The notes under the pieces: generated by a model
What the model was told of the DNA's origin: nothing
What the model saw: the letters and a program-made list of their open reading frames with translations, nothing else
The model's database searches: none
Translations under genes and position numbers: made by a program
Shown: piece after piece, positions 19,704 through 27,818 of the stretch
Numbering within the stretch: position 1 is the first letter of the stretch
How the letters are laid out: each line of letters opens with the position of its first letter
Origin: an uncultured Bacteroidota bacterium
Lineage (GTDB): Bacteria; Bacteroidota; Bacteroidia; Bacteroidales; CG2-30-32-10
DNA length: 53,313 bases
NCBI GenBank assembly: GCA_903847905.1
Contig: CAINEZ010000350.1
Coordinates: 1-53,313, forward strand
Direction of reading: 5' to 3'

Positions 19704-20963
19704 ATGTACAAAAAAATTTCTTTTTCCATTGTATTTATTATTTCACTTAATTGTGTTAGCTTTTCACAAAATTTATTATTGGATATTCAGACTAAGAATT
19801 ATGAGCAAGCAAATTCGTATTTAATAAACAAGAAGAGTGGATGGAAATTTATTTCATCTGGTGTTAATTCTGACTTTTTTAATTACAACTATTATAAATG
19901 GTCATGTGATTATAATGCGAATACTAATGAGAATGATAGTTGGCTTAGTTTATGTCAAAAACCGGGTTATAAAAATGCAGTAATTTACAATACAACTAGT
20001 GAAAAATTCAAAATTTTCAAATCAACTATATCTAATGATAGTCATTGGAAATTTGTTGAATCAAGCCTAGATAAAAACGGGTTTGACCATATTTATTATA
20101 GTTGTTTAAACTTTTATATCGAATTTGTTGCATTGGAAAACAACCAGATATTGTTGTATAACAGTCAGGAAATTAAACAACAAATAGTAGAGAAAGAAAG
20201 ATCAGAATTTGTTGCTGATTCTATCGCTAAATTAGCTGAAGAAAAACGGATTAGAGACAAATATATACTGGATTCGATTATCGCAATCAAAGCTAAAAGG
20301 GAAAGTGATTCTATTAGGGAAGTTTTAAGAATTGAAGCAGCAATTGAGAAAAGAAATGTTCAAGGAAAAACCTATAACCTTCGGGATTTTGATATCTATA
20401 ATAAAATTTACTCAGGCATTATTACCGCAACTGCTGATTATTTAAAAACTATTCCATATGGAAAACGAATTAATGCAGTTTATAAAATCAATATATTAGT
20501 TGATACAAATAATATAGCTACTATTGAACCGGTTAATGACAATGGAAGTAATATCCCTTCTGAACTTTTAAGCTATCTTATTAAGTCATGTCAAACTTAT
20601 TATAATTCTTATCCTCGTATTAAGGGATATCATGTAAAAGCGGAAACAGATCTTTTATTGCCCATTGTTTACGAACAGGGTTCAGTAAAATTGTTTAAAA
20701 AAAAGAATGGAAAAATTAATTATAATAGAGGTAATCCTAGCCAGGAAATACATGGCGACATATATGGCAAGTTAAATAGCAAAGGCGTGTATTTTTTTGA
20801 TTATACTGAGCAGAAAATTGATAATAAAAGTAGCAATACTGTAACTCTGACTAATTATAAAAAAACAACCGTATTTCGTACTATTACAACAGTTTTTGGA
20901 AGTATCATCGGAATAGGAGGTTTGGTAACTATAGCTGTAATTACAGGAGCATTCTCCCAATAG
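19704..20963 (+). CDS. exported protein with C-terminal TM anchor, unknown function
   Basis: The track start at 19695 is TTG; the ATG at 19704 gives MYKKISFSIVFIISLNCVSFSQ (signal peptide). C-terminal TM TVFGSIIGIGGLVTIAVITGAF. Confidence 0.65.
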   Translation: MYKKISFSIVFIISLNCVSFSQNLLLDIQTKNYEQANSYLINKKSGWKFISSGVNSDFFNYNYYKWSCDYNANTNENDSWLSLCQKPGYKNAVIYNTTSEKFKIFKSTISNDSHWKFVESSLDKNGFDHIYYSCLNFYIEFVALENNQILLYNSQEIKQQIVEKERSEFVADSIAKLAEEKRIRDKYILDSIIAIKAKRESDSIREVLRIEAAIEKRNVQGKTYNLRDFDIYNKIYSGIITATADYLKTIPYGKRINAVYKINILVDTNNIATIEPVNDNGSNIPSELLSYLIKSCQTYYNSYPRIKGYHVKAETDLLLPIVYEQGSVKLFKKKNGKINYNRGNPSQEIHGDIYGKLNSKGVYFFDYTEQKIDNKSSNTVTLTNYKKTTVFRTITTVFGSIIGIGGLVTIAVITGAFSQ

Positions 20964-21035
20964 AGTTGGTTTAGAATAAGTTAAAAAAAATGCGATATAG
21001 TTGTATGAAAAGTTACTTAATGAAATAAAATAAAG

Positions 21036-22010
21036 ATGAAGACATGCACTAAATGCCTAATTTCTTATTCAAATAATAAAAAGTTCTGCAAGAAATGTGG
21101 GGCGATTTTAATTCCAGAAAATAATATTATTGAGCAAGAGGAGAATAATAATACAAATAACTTTATTAAAGAAAGCGGTTTAATTCCTGATGTTGAAACT
21201 TCTAAAGACCAAGTTTCACAAAAAGGGAATAAAAGTATCTTAAAGAAAATAATTATTATCGGCACCTCTTTTATTGCTGTATTTATTGTTGTAATTATCC
21301 TAGTCTTTTATTTCAGACAAAAAAGTGCCTGGAATGAAGCTGAACAAATTAATTCGATCAATTCATTTCAATCATACATAAATGATTATCCTACTGGAAG
21401 ATATGTTGATGAGGCTAAATTGAAAATAAAGCTAATCAATGAGTCTATTATAATACAAAGACAGCAAGCTATTCAAGACTCTATTGCTCATGTTCAAAAA
21501 GCAATTGCTGATTCTATTGCAGCAGTTGGGAAACAATCAAATATTACAATAAATCAAAAACCTTCCACATTGGCAATAAAAGGCATTAAAGTAAATATTC
21601 GTTCTTTTCCATCTTTAAGGTCAAATGTTATTTTTCAATTAAATACAGGTGATGTTTGTTATATAGTCGAAAAGGGTAATCTTGAAAATATAAATGGTAC
21701 ACCGGATTATTGGTTTAAAGTAAATTTCAACGGTAAAATAGGCTGGGTATTTGGGACGTTTACTAGTCTATCAACAATTAGTACCTCTTCAAATTCTTCT
21801 ACCTATAATGGAAATAAAACAGGAAAAGCTATTTATGATAGAGTTTATTTTTATTCATCCCCAAATTTAAACTCTCGATTGAATACATATATTGTTAGTG
21901 GCCAAAATGTTGAAATTATTTCGAATAATGGAGATTTTTGGAAAGTATCTTTTACATTTAATAATAAAACAACTAATGGTTTTATTAGGAAAATGGATCT
22001 CAGTTTGTAA
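21036..22010 (+). CDS. N-terminal zinc ribbon / TM / SH3b-like domain protein
   Basis: MKTCTKCLISYSNNKKFCKKCGAIL. TM, then SAWNEAEQINSINSFQSYINDYPTGRYVDEA. The SH3b-like segment is VNIRSFPSLRSNVIFQLNTGDVCYIVEKG...YWFKVNFNGKIGWVFGTF, with a second similar unit. Confidence 0.7.
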   Translation: MKTCTKCLISYSNNKKFCKKCGAILIPENNIIEQEENNNTNNFIKESGLIPDVETSKDQVSQKGNKSILKKIIIIGTSFIAVFIVVIILVFYFRQKSAWNEAEQINSINSFQSYINDYPTGRYVDEAKLKIKLINESIIIQRQQAIQDSIAHVQKAIADSIAAVGKQSNITINQKPSTLAIKGIKVNIRSFPSLRSNVIFQLNTGDVCYIVEKGNLENINGTPDYWFKVNFNGKIGWVFGTFTSLSTISTSSNSSTYNGNKTGKAIYDRVYFYSSPNLNSRLNTYIVSGQNVEIISNNGDFWKVSFTFNNKTTNGFIRKMDLSL

Positions 22011-22087
22011 ATATTATTAAATTGTAAATCAAATTAGATTAGTTTATTATTAATGCAAGAATTTATGTTAATCTTATTTAATACAAT

Positions 22088-23149
22088 ATGAAGACATGTC
22101 CAAGATGCCATATTCAATATCCTGAGGATAAGAAATTTTGTAAGAAATGCGGCGAATTGCTGGTTTTAGATTATTCAACAGAATCTTCAAAGATTAAATC
22201 AGAAATTAATCCTATAAAACAAATCACAGTTAAAGAGACTGTTCTAGCAAATAGCAACAGTAAAAAAATAATATTAAAGGCTATATCTATAGGAGTTTCT
22301 GTTATAGTGGTTGCCTTGATTGCAATTTTTATGATTATTTACTTTAAACAAAATAGTGCCTGGAAGGATGCAAAAGAAAAAAATTCAATTAATTCTTTTC
22401 AAGCTTATATCAATGATTATCCTAATGGAAGGTATGTTGATGAAGCAAAAAGTATTATTAAAGCAAAAGATGACTCTATTGCAGGTGCGCAGATGATTAT
22501 GGCTATTCATGATTCAATTTCCGCTGCAAAAAAATCGTTAGATAATGGGCAGGGTTTAAATATACTAATTGGAACATGGAAGGGCCCTTTTAATAAAAAA
22601 ACAATGGAATTGGTAGTTAATAGTGTTATTGATAATTCAGTTGCAGGCTATGATGTCTTAAATGGCAAAAAAAGACCATTTACAGGTACTTATTATGAAA
22701 ATGGTAATAGTTATAGTTTGACTTTAAATGAGCCTGGTGATGATAATGGAGATGGGAAATTTGAATTGAGCATTGACAAATCATCAAATATTATTACGGG
22801 ATATTGGAAACTATTTAAAGGTTCATTGAATTATAGTTTTAGTTTTAATAAAATAAATACCATTAATATTAACCAAAATGGAAATTCAAATAATAATAGT
22901 ATATATGGCCTTTATCCACAAGCCTCTGAAAAATTGCTTTATGCATCAGATTTGAGAGACCTAAACAAATATGATTTGAAAATTATGCGAAATGAAGTTT
23001 TTGCTCGCCATGGTTATATTTTTAAGACACCTGATATGATTTCATACTTCCAAAAGCAATCGTGGTATCGAGGTCAGTATAATGATGTAGCCTCAATGCT
23101 TACAATAATTGAAAAGAAGAATATTGAATTAATAAAAAAGTATGAATAA
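22088..23149 (+). CDS. N-terminal zinc ribbon / TM / YARHG-domain protein
   Basis: MKTCPRCHIQYPEDKKFCKKCGELL. TM, then SAWKDAKEKNSINSFQAYINDYPNGRYVDEA. C-terminal MRNEVFARHGYIFKTPDMISYFQKQSWY (YARHG motif). Confidence 0.75.
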   Translation: MKTCPRCHIQYPEDKKFCKKCGELLVLDYSTESSKIKSEINPIKQITVKETVLANSNSKKIILKAISIGVSVIVVALIAIFMIIYFKQNSAWKDAKEKNSINSFQAYINDYPNGRYVDEAKSIIKAKDDSIAGAQMIMAIHDSISAAKKSLDNGQGLNILIGTWKGPFNKKTMELVVNSVIDNSVAGYDVLNGKKRPFTGTYYENGNSYSLTLNEPGDDNGDGKFELSIDKSSNIITGYWKLFKGSLNYSFSFNKINTININQNGNSNNNSIYGLYPQASEKLLYASDLRDLNKYDLKIMRNEVFARHGYIFKTPDMISYFQKQSWYRGQYNDVASMLTIIEKKNIELIKKYE

Positions 23150-23903
23150 ATTTATTTTAATTAGTATAATATTCCTTTTGGGTTGCTCATTTAATGAAGC
23201 AAAAAACCAAGAAGCGAAAGATTGTAAAAATGTTATAAAATCTCCCCCAACTGGTAAATGTGTTGATTTTAATTCACTAAATAATAAAATACGTGATTGT
23301 TTAATTTCAAAGGAGGATGCTTTGAAACAAATTCAAATTTTGCTACCAGAATTAAAAATATATTTTTACAAAAATGGTGGCCAGGATTTTGCTAAATCTA
23401 ATTGGGTTTTTCCAGTTCAAGGTTATACTGCAAAATCTATCGGTGGGTCAAATGGAAGCGGGTACATTGATACAGGTTACGATTATTTTGATGGCAACAA
23501 ACATAAAGGCCATCCAGCGCAAGATATCTTTATTTTTGATAAAAATCAGGACTGCATTAGTGATATAACAAAAAAGCCTGTAAATGTTCTTTCGATGACA
23601 GGGGGGATTGTTATTGCGACTGAAACAATATGGGATTCGACCAGCGACTTAAGAGGAGGAAAATATATTTGGATTTATGACCCATCTACTAATAACTTTT
23701 TTTACTATGCACATAACAGTAAAGTTTTGGTTCATCCATGCAATATCGTGAAACCAGGTGACACAATAGCCACGGTTGGTAGAACGGGTTTAAATGCTTT
23801 TAAAAAACGATCACCTACACATCTTCATTTAATGCAACTTAAACTTGATGATAGAAGTTATCCCAGCCCGGTTAATTGTTATAAGGATTTAATATTATTA
23901 TAA
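23142..23903 (+). CDS. M23-family metallopeptidase lipoprotein
   Basis: Lipobox FLLGCS. HxxxD in KGHPAQDIF and HxH in PTHLHLM, plus GDTIATVGRTG. The start overlaps the previous stop by 8 nt (ATGAATAA). Confidence 0.8.
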   Translation: MNKFILISIIFLLGCSFNEAKNQEAKDCKNVIKSPPTGKCVDFNSLNNKIRDCLISKEDALKQIQILLPELKIYFYKNGGQDFAKSNWVFPVQGYTAKSIGGSNGSGYIDTGYDYFDGNKHKGHPAQDIFIFDKNQDCISDITKKPVNVLSMTGGIVIATETIWDSTSDLRGGKYIWIYDPSTNNFFYYAHNSKVLVHPCNIVKPGDTIATVGRTGLNAFKKRSPTHLHLMQLKLDDRSYPSPVNCYKDLILL

Positions 23904-23928
23904 TTAGTTGAACCTAATATTATTGAAT

Positions 23929-25623
23929 ATGAAAACATGTACTAAATGTGAACTTTCATACGCTGAAGGCACCAAGTTTTGCAAAAAATGTGGCAGCCTT
24001 TTAGTTTCTTCTTCCAATCTCAATTATATTAATACAGATCAAAATACAGAATCAAAAAATAAGATTGGATTAACTAAGAATATTGTGCCAAATAAAAAAT
24101 TTAAAATATTTGCGTTATCTTCTATTTCTTTTTTGTTAGTAGTTATTGCGATTCTATTAATATGTTATTTTGTAGAAAAGAGATCAATAGATTCTATGCT
24201 TAAAAACGTAAATGATTGTTTGATTATTACAAATGAGAATTTCAATAAAAAAGTCGAGGGTACATATGCGCAACTTGAAAAACAGTTGCTTATGAATAAG
24301 GCTAAAGTTCTTCCTACTTATGAAAAAGCTATGCAAGCTAAAAAAATAACACAGGAATTAGTTGATTATATTGAAAAGCTTAAAATAGAATTCGATTCAA
24401 AGAAAAAAATATATAGTTTTCTTGAAACACGCTCTGGTGGCAAAGAAAATGCTTCCTTATTGAAGGAAAAAATTGAACTTTATAAATCAGCAATACTTAA
24501 TCTGATAGAACCAAAATACAGAAATATTGTAAACCTAGGTTTATATACTGATGAATCTTTTAAAGACAAAAATGGGAAGGAAAGAAATTGGGAAATGCAA
24601 AAGTTTTATCAAATAAATAACATAACATTTATTATTACTTTGAATGGCCTTATTGGCGAAATAAAAAATGCTGAATTTAATGTTATAAATCAATTATTAG
24701 CAGATGTTAGTATAGAAGACTTTAAGTTTAATAATATTGATGCAAGAGTAATTTCTAAAAAAAATTATTTGTTAACTGGTGATACTTATGAAGCAGATAT
24801 TTTTGTTGCAGCTTATGATACTAAACAAAAACCTGAGATTATTGTTGGTTCTGGAGTTGATTTAAATTCTCTTGCTATATCAGGTGAACAAATGAAAGTA
24901 GAAAGTGTAGGTGGTATCGGAAAACTTAAACTTCCTACTAATGGACCTGGCTTAAAACAATTTGGTGGCGTAATTAAAATTATTGGAGTTGATGGGACAT
25001 TAAAGGCATATCCTTTTAACAGTGAGTATTTTGTTGGAACACCTTCTGCAATAATTTCTCCTTCAAAAATGAATGTTTTTTATATCGGTGTTGATAATCC
25101 TGTTTCTATTTCAGTTCCGAGTGCTTCTAACGAACAAGTAACAGCTACTATAAGCGGTGGTGGGGGATCAATAACTAAAGTTGCTGGCAATGGTACATAT
25201 AATGTAAAAGTAACTAATAAGGGAGAATGTACAATAAATGTAAATGCAAAAATGGGAAATGCTTCTCGATCAATGGGATCCATGAAATTTCGTATTAAAT
25301 CGATTCCAGACCCTGTGGCATACGTGGCTGGGGTAAAAGGAGGTCTGGTTAATAAGTCAACTTTACTTAATTCTGGAGGTGTGATTCCTAAAATGGATGG
25401 TTTTGATTTCAATTTATATCCAACAATAGTAAGTTTTACATTAACCATGAATAAATCAGGAGATTTAATTTCAGAATTTACCACTGGTAGTAGATTTACT
25501 CCAAAAATGATACAAATGCTAAATTCAGTCAGTAAAGGTCAGAAAGTTTTTTTTGAAGATATTAAAGCAAAAATGCCTGATGGCATACGTAATCTTGGAG
25601 CAATAGCATTAAAAATAAATTAA
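23929..25623 (+). CDS. zinc ribbon fused to a GldM/PorM-like protein
   Basis: The track start at 23908 is TTG; the ATG at 23929 gives MKTCTKCELSYAEGTKFCKKCGSLL. A single TM follows. The GldM-like N-terminal region is ITNENFNKKVEG...ITQELVDYIEKLKIEF. The C-terminal regions resemble F. johnsoniae GldM as I recall it: KMNVFYIGVDNPVSISVP, FRIKSIPDPVAYVAG, MDGFDFNL and GQKVFFEDIKAKM. Confidence 0.75.
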   Translation: MKTCTKCELSYAEGTKFCKKCGSLLVSSSNLNYINTDQNTESKNKIGLTKNIVPNKKFKIFALSSISFLLVVIAILLICYFVEKRSIDSMLKNVNDCLIITNENFNKKVEGTYAQLEKQLLMNKAKVLPTYEKAMQAKKITQELVDYIEKLKIEFDSKKKIYSFLETRSGGKENASLLKEKIELYKSAILNLIEPKYRNIVNLGLYTDESFKDKNGKERNWEMQKFYQINNITFIITLNGLIGEIKNAEFNVINQLLADVSIEDFKFNNIDARVISKKNYLLTGDTYEADIFVAAYDTKQKPEIIVGSGVDLNSLAISGEQMKVESVGGIGKLKLPTNGPGLKQFGGVIKIIGVDGTLKAYPFNSEYFVGTPSAIISPSKMNVFYIGVDNPVSISVPSASNEQVTATISGGGGSITKVAGNGTYNVKVTNKGECTINVNAKMGNASRSMGSMKFRIKSIPDPVAYVAGVKGGLVNKSTLLNSGGVIPKMDGFDFNLYPTIVSFTLTMNKSGDLISEFTTGSRFTPKMIQMLNSVSKGQKVFFEDIKAKMPDGIRNLGAIALKIN

Positions 25624-25724
25624 GAAAAAAATAACTTAAAAAAAAGTATTTAATATTTTATAAATGAGTACATTTGGAGTATAAAATTTATTAAAAAATA
25701 GAATTTTAACTAAAAGCTTATTAT

Positions 25725-27002
25725 ATGGCAGTAATAGACGTAGTCCGATGGGCGCCACAAGGTGACAAAACCATTTATGCCTGGAAATTTCGTGAGAGAA
25801 ATCGTGCATCAAACGATGGATTGAATTTAAGTACTTATACTCAGCTTATAGTTCAGGAATCGCAAGAAGCCATTTTATTTTCAAAGGGTCAGATTATTGG
25901 AAAATTTGGACCGGGAAAGCACACCTTAAACACCGAAAATCTTCCTTTACTAAGAAGGTTATACGGATTGCCTTTTGGTGGTAAGAATCCATTTACGGCA
26001 GAAGTGTGGTTTGTAAATAAACTTCAGCCTTATAATATTGAATGGGAGATCGACAGAATGGACATACATGATGTAGATTACAATACAGGTATCCCGCTTG
26101 TGGCTAATGGCTTGTATGGCCTTAAAATTAGTGATGCAGAGCGATTTTTAATAAAGATAGTTGGCGCAAGGGATGAATTTGATGAAATTGATTTGACCGA
26201 ACAGTTTAAAGGAGAGTTTGTAACTAAGACAAAATCAACTTTGATGCAGTTCATGATCCAGAACAAAATTGGTATTAAGCAAATTTCAGCACATCTGGAT
26301 AGCATTTCAGATCATTTGCGTACAATAATGCTTCCATTTTGGGAAAATATCGGCTTTGAATTAACGAAATTCTATATAACAAGCATACAAGTTGATAGTT
26401 CTACTGAAGTTGGACAAAGAGTACAAGATGCAATTTCGAGACAAAGTACACAGAATATTGTTGGGGCAACATATCAGCAGACACAAGCATTTGAAATCGC
26501 CAAAGATGCAGTTAACGGAATGTCGAATGGAAGTGGCGGCCTATTGGGAGCTGTTGTTGCAGCAAATATGATGGGCGGAGTTGGTGGCGCAGGCGGTATT
26601 ATGCAACCTCAATATAATCAGCCTACATTTAATTCAAATAATGGCGGTATGCAAGGTGGAAATCAGCAAACACCTACTCTTCCAAGAGAAGTTTATTGTT
26701 CTAATTGTGCAAAGAAATTTGCGAGTAATCTAAAATTTTGTCCTTTTTGTGGTGATGAATATTGTCCATGCCCAAAGTGTGGAACAGATAATGATAAAAG
26801 TGCGAAAAGATGTGTTAGTTGTGGTCAAACCTTGATGATTGAACAAAGTTTGTGTCCAAACTGTAATTCATCTGTTCCTGCTGGTAGCGGTTTTTGTGGT
26901 AATTGTGGAAAGCCTCTTGCTGAAAATAAATGTACAAGATGTGGTGCTCAATTAACACCAAGCATCAAATTTTGCCCAAAATGTGGTCAAAAAAATGGAT
27001 AA
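25725..27002 (+). CDS. SPFH/Band-7-like protein (YdjI/COG4260 type) with four C-terminal zinc ribbons
   Basis: The N-terminus VIDVVRWAPQGDKTIYAWKF...QLIVQESQEAILFSKGQIIGKFGPGKHTLNTENLPLL...NPFTAEVWFVNK matches the YdjI-like SPFH pattern. A Gly/Gln-rich linker follows. The ribbons are CSNC..CPFC, CPKC..CVSC, CPNC..CGNC and CTRC..CPKC. Confidence 0.75.
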   Translation: MAVIDVVRWAPQGDKTIYAWKFRERNRASNDGLNLSTYTQLIVQESQEAILFSKGQIIGKFGPGKHTLNTENLPLLRRLYGLPFGGKNPFTAEVWFVNKLQPYNIEWEIDRMDIHDVDYNTGIPLVANGLYGLKISDAERFLIKIVGARDEFDEIDLTEQFKGEFVTKTKSTLMQFMIQNKIGIKQISAHLDSISDHLRTIMLPFWENIGFELTKFYITSIQVDSSTEVGQRVQDAISRQSTQNIVGATYQQTQAFEIAKDAVNGMSNGSGGLLGAVVAANMMGGVGGAGGIMQPQYNQPTFNSNNGGMQGGNQQTPTLPREVYCSNCAKKFASNLKFCPFCGDEYCPCPKCGTDNDKSAKRCVSCGQTLMIEQSLCPNCNSSVPAGSGFCGNCGKPLAENKCTRCGAQLTPSIKFCPKCGQKNG

Positions 27003-27075
27003 CACAGATAATATTATTGTATGAAATTTTTTGTTGAGTTGAAAATTAATAGTTTATATTCTAACAGACAATATT

Positions 27076-27795
27076 ATGAAACCAAATAAACTTTTCACTA
27101 TTTTGCTTCTACTATTTGGAGAAGCATTGATTATTATAGGTTTTTTATATTTTGCGAAAAACCTTGAACTCAAAATATTAATACTAAATATAGCTGTAAC
27201 ATCGATTTTATATTTTGTCTGTTTTGTCTACTTTTCAGATAAAATCATTCCAATTGTTGATATAAAAGAGAAATCTCATAGTTCAGTTGGTTCCCTCGGA
27301 ATAAAATGGGTCTTTGTTACCATATATGCAATACTGGCCATTGGGGCTATGCTAATATTAAACACAGTTAAACCACTTGGTTTTACAGGGCAAATTATTA
27401 TTCAAGGAGTAATTTTATTCATTCTATTGCTCGGGATATATTTTTCTATTTACGCTTCAAATAAAGTCCATGAAGTTTATACTGAAGAGAAGCAAAATCG
27501 CAGTCGTATTGGTGATATGAAAAAAGCAACAAACGATGTAAAGTTGAGGATAGACCAAATGAAAGGTATGCCAGCAGATTTAATTGTGAGAATTACTACA
27601 TTATTGGATAATATGCGATTCATTTCTCCTGGAGATAACAATGATGCAATTGTTTTAGAAACAGATTATTTAAAAGAAATCAAAACAGTTCATGATTGTT
27701 TGTTTGAAATTCCCATTAATTATGAAAAGATTACGGAGAATATTTCCAATTGTGAGCGAGTCTATAATGAAAGAAAAAAAGTGTACTCAAATTAA
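27076..27795 (+). CDS. 4-TM membrane protein with helical cytoplasmic C-terminal domain
   Basis: Four hydrophobic helices in the first 125 aa or so, then a charged helical domain. The next ATG lies 23 nt downstream. Confidence 0.65.
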   Translation: MKPNKLFTILLLLFGEALIIIGFLYFAKNLELKILILNIAVTSILYFVCFVYFSDKIIPIVDIKEKSHSSVGSLGIKWVFVTIYAILAIGAMLILNTVKPLGFTGQIIIQGVILFILLLGIYFSIYASNKVHEVYTEEKQNRSRIGDMKKATNDVKLRIDQMKGMPADLIVRITTLLDNMRFISPGDNNDAIVLETDYLKEIKTVHDCLFEIPINYEKITENISNCERVYNERKKVYSN

Positions 27796-27818
27796 TAATA
27801 ATCTTAAACTTCAAAAGC

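Noticed and set aside
25080-25484. 134-aa minus-strand ORF antisense to the GldM-like gene
   Set aside because: The + strand frame carries the GldM-like conserved blocks. The antisense ORF has no features.
25669-25676. Bacteroidetes sigma-A -7 box matches (TAnnTTTG): TACATTTG before the SPFH operon, TATGTTTG at 16508-16515 and TATTTTTG at 39960-39967
   Set aside because: An 8-mer with two free positions is expected often by chance in DNA this AT-rich. No convincing -33 TTTG partner was seen, so these are not called as promoters.
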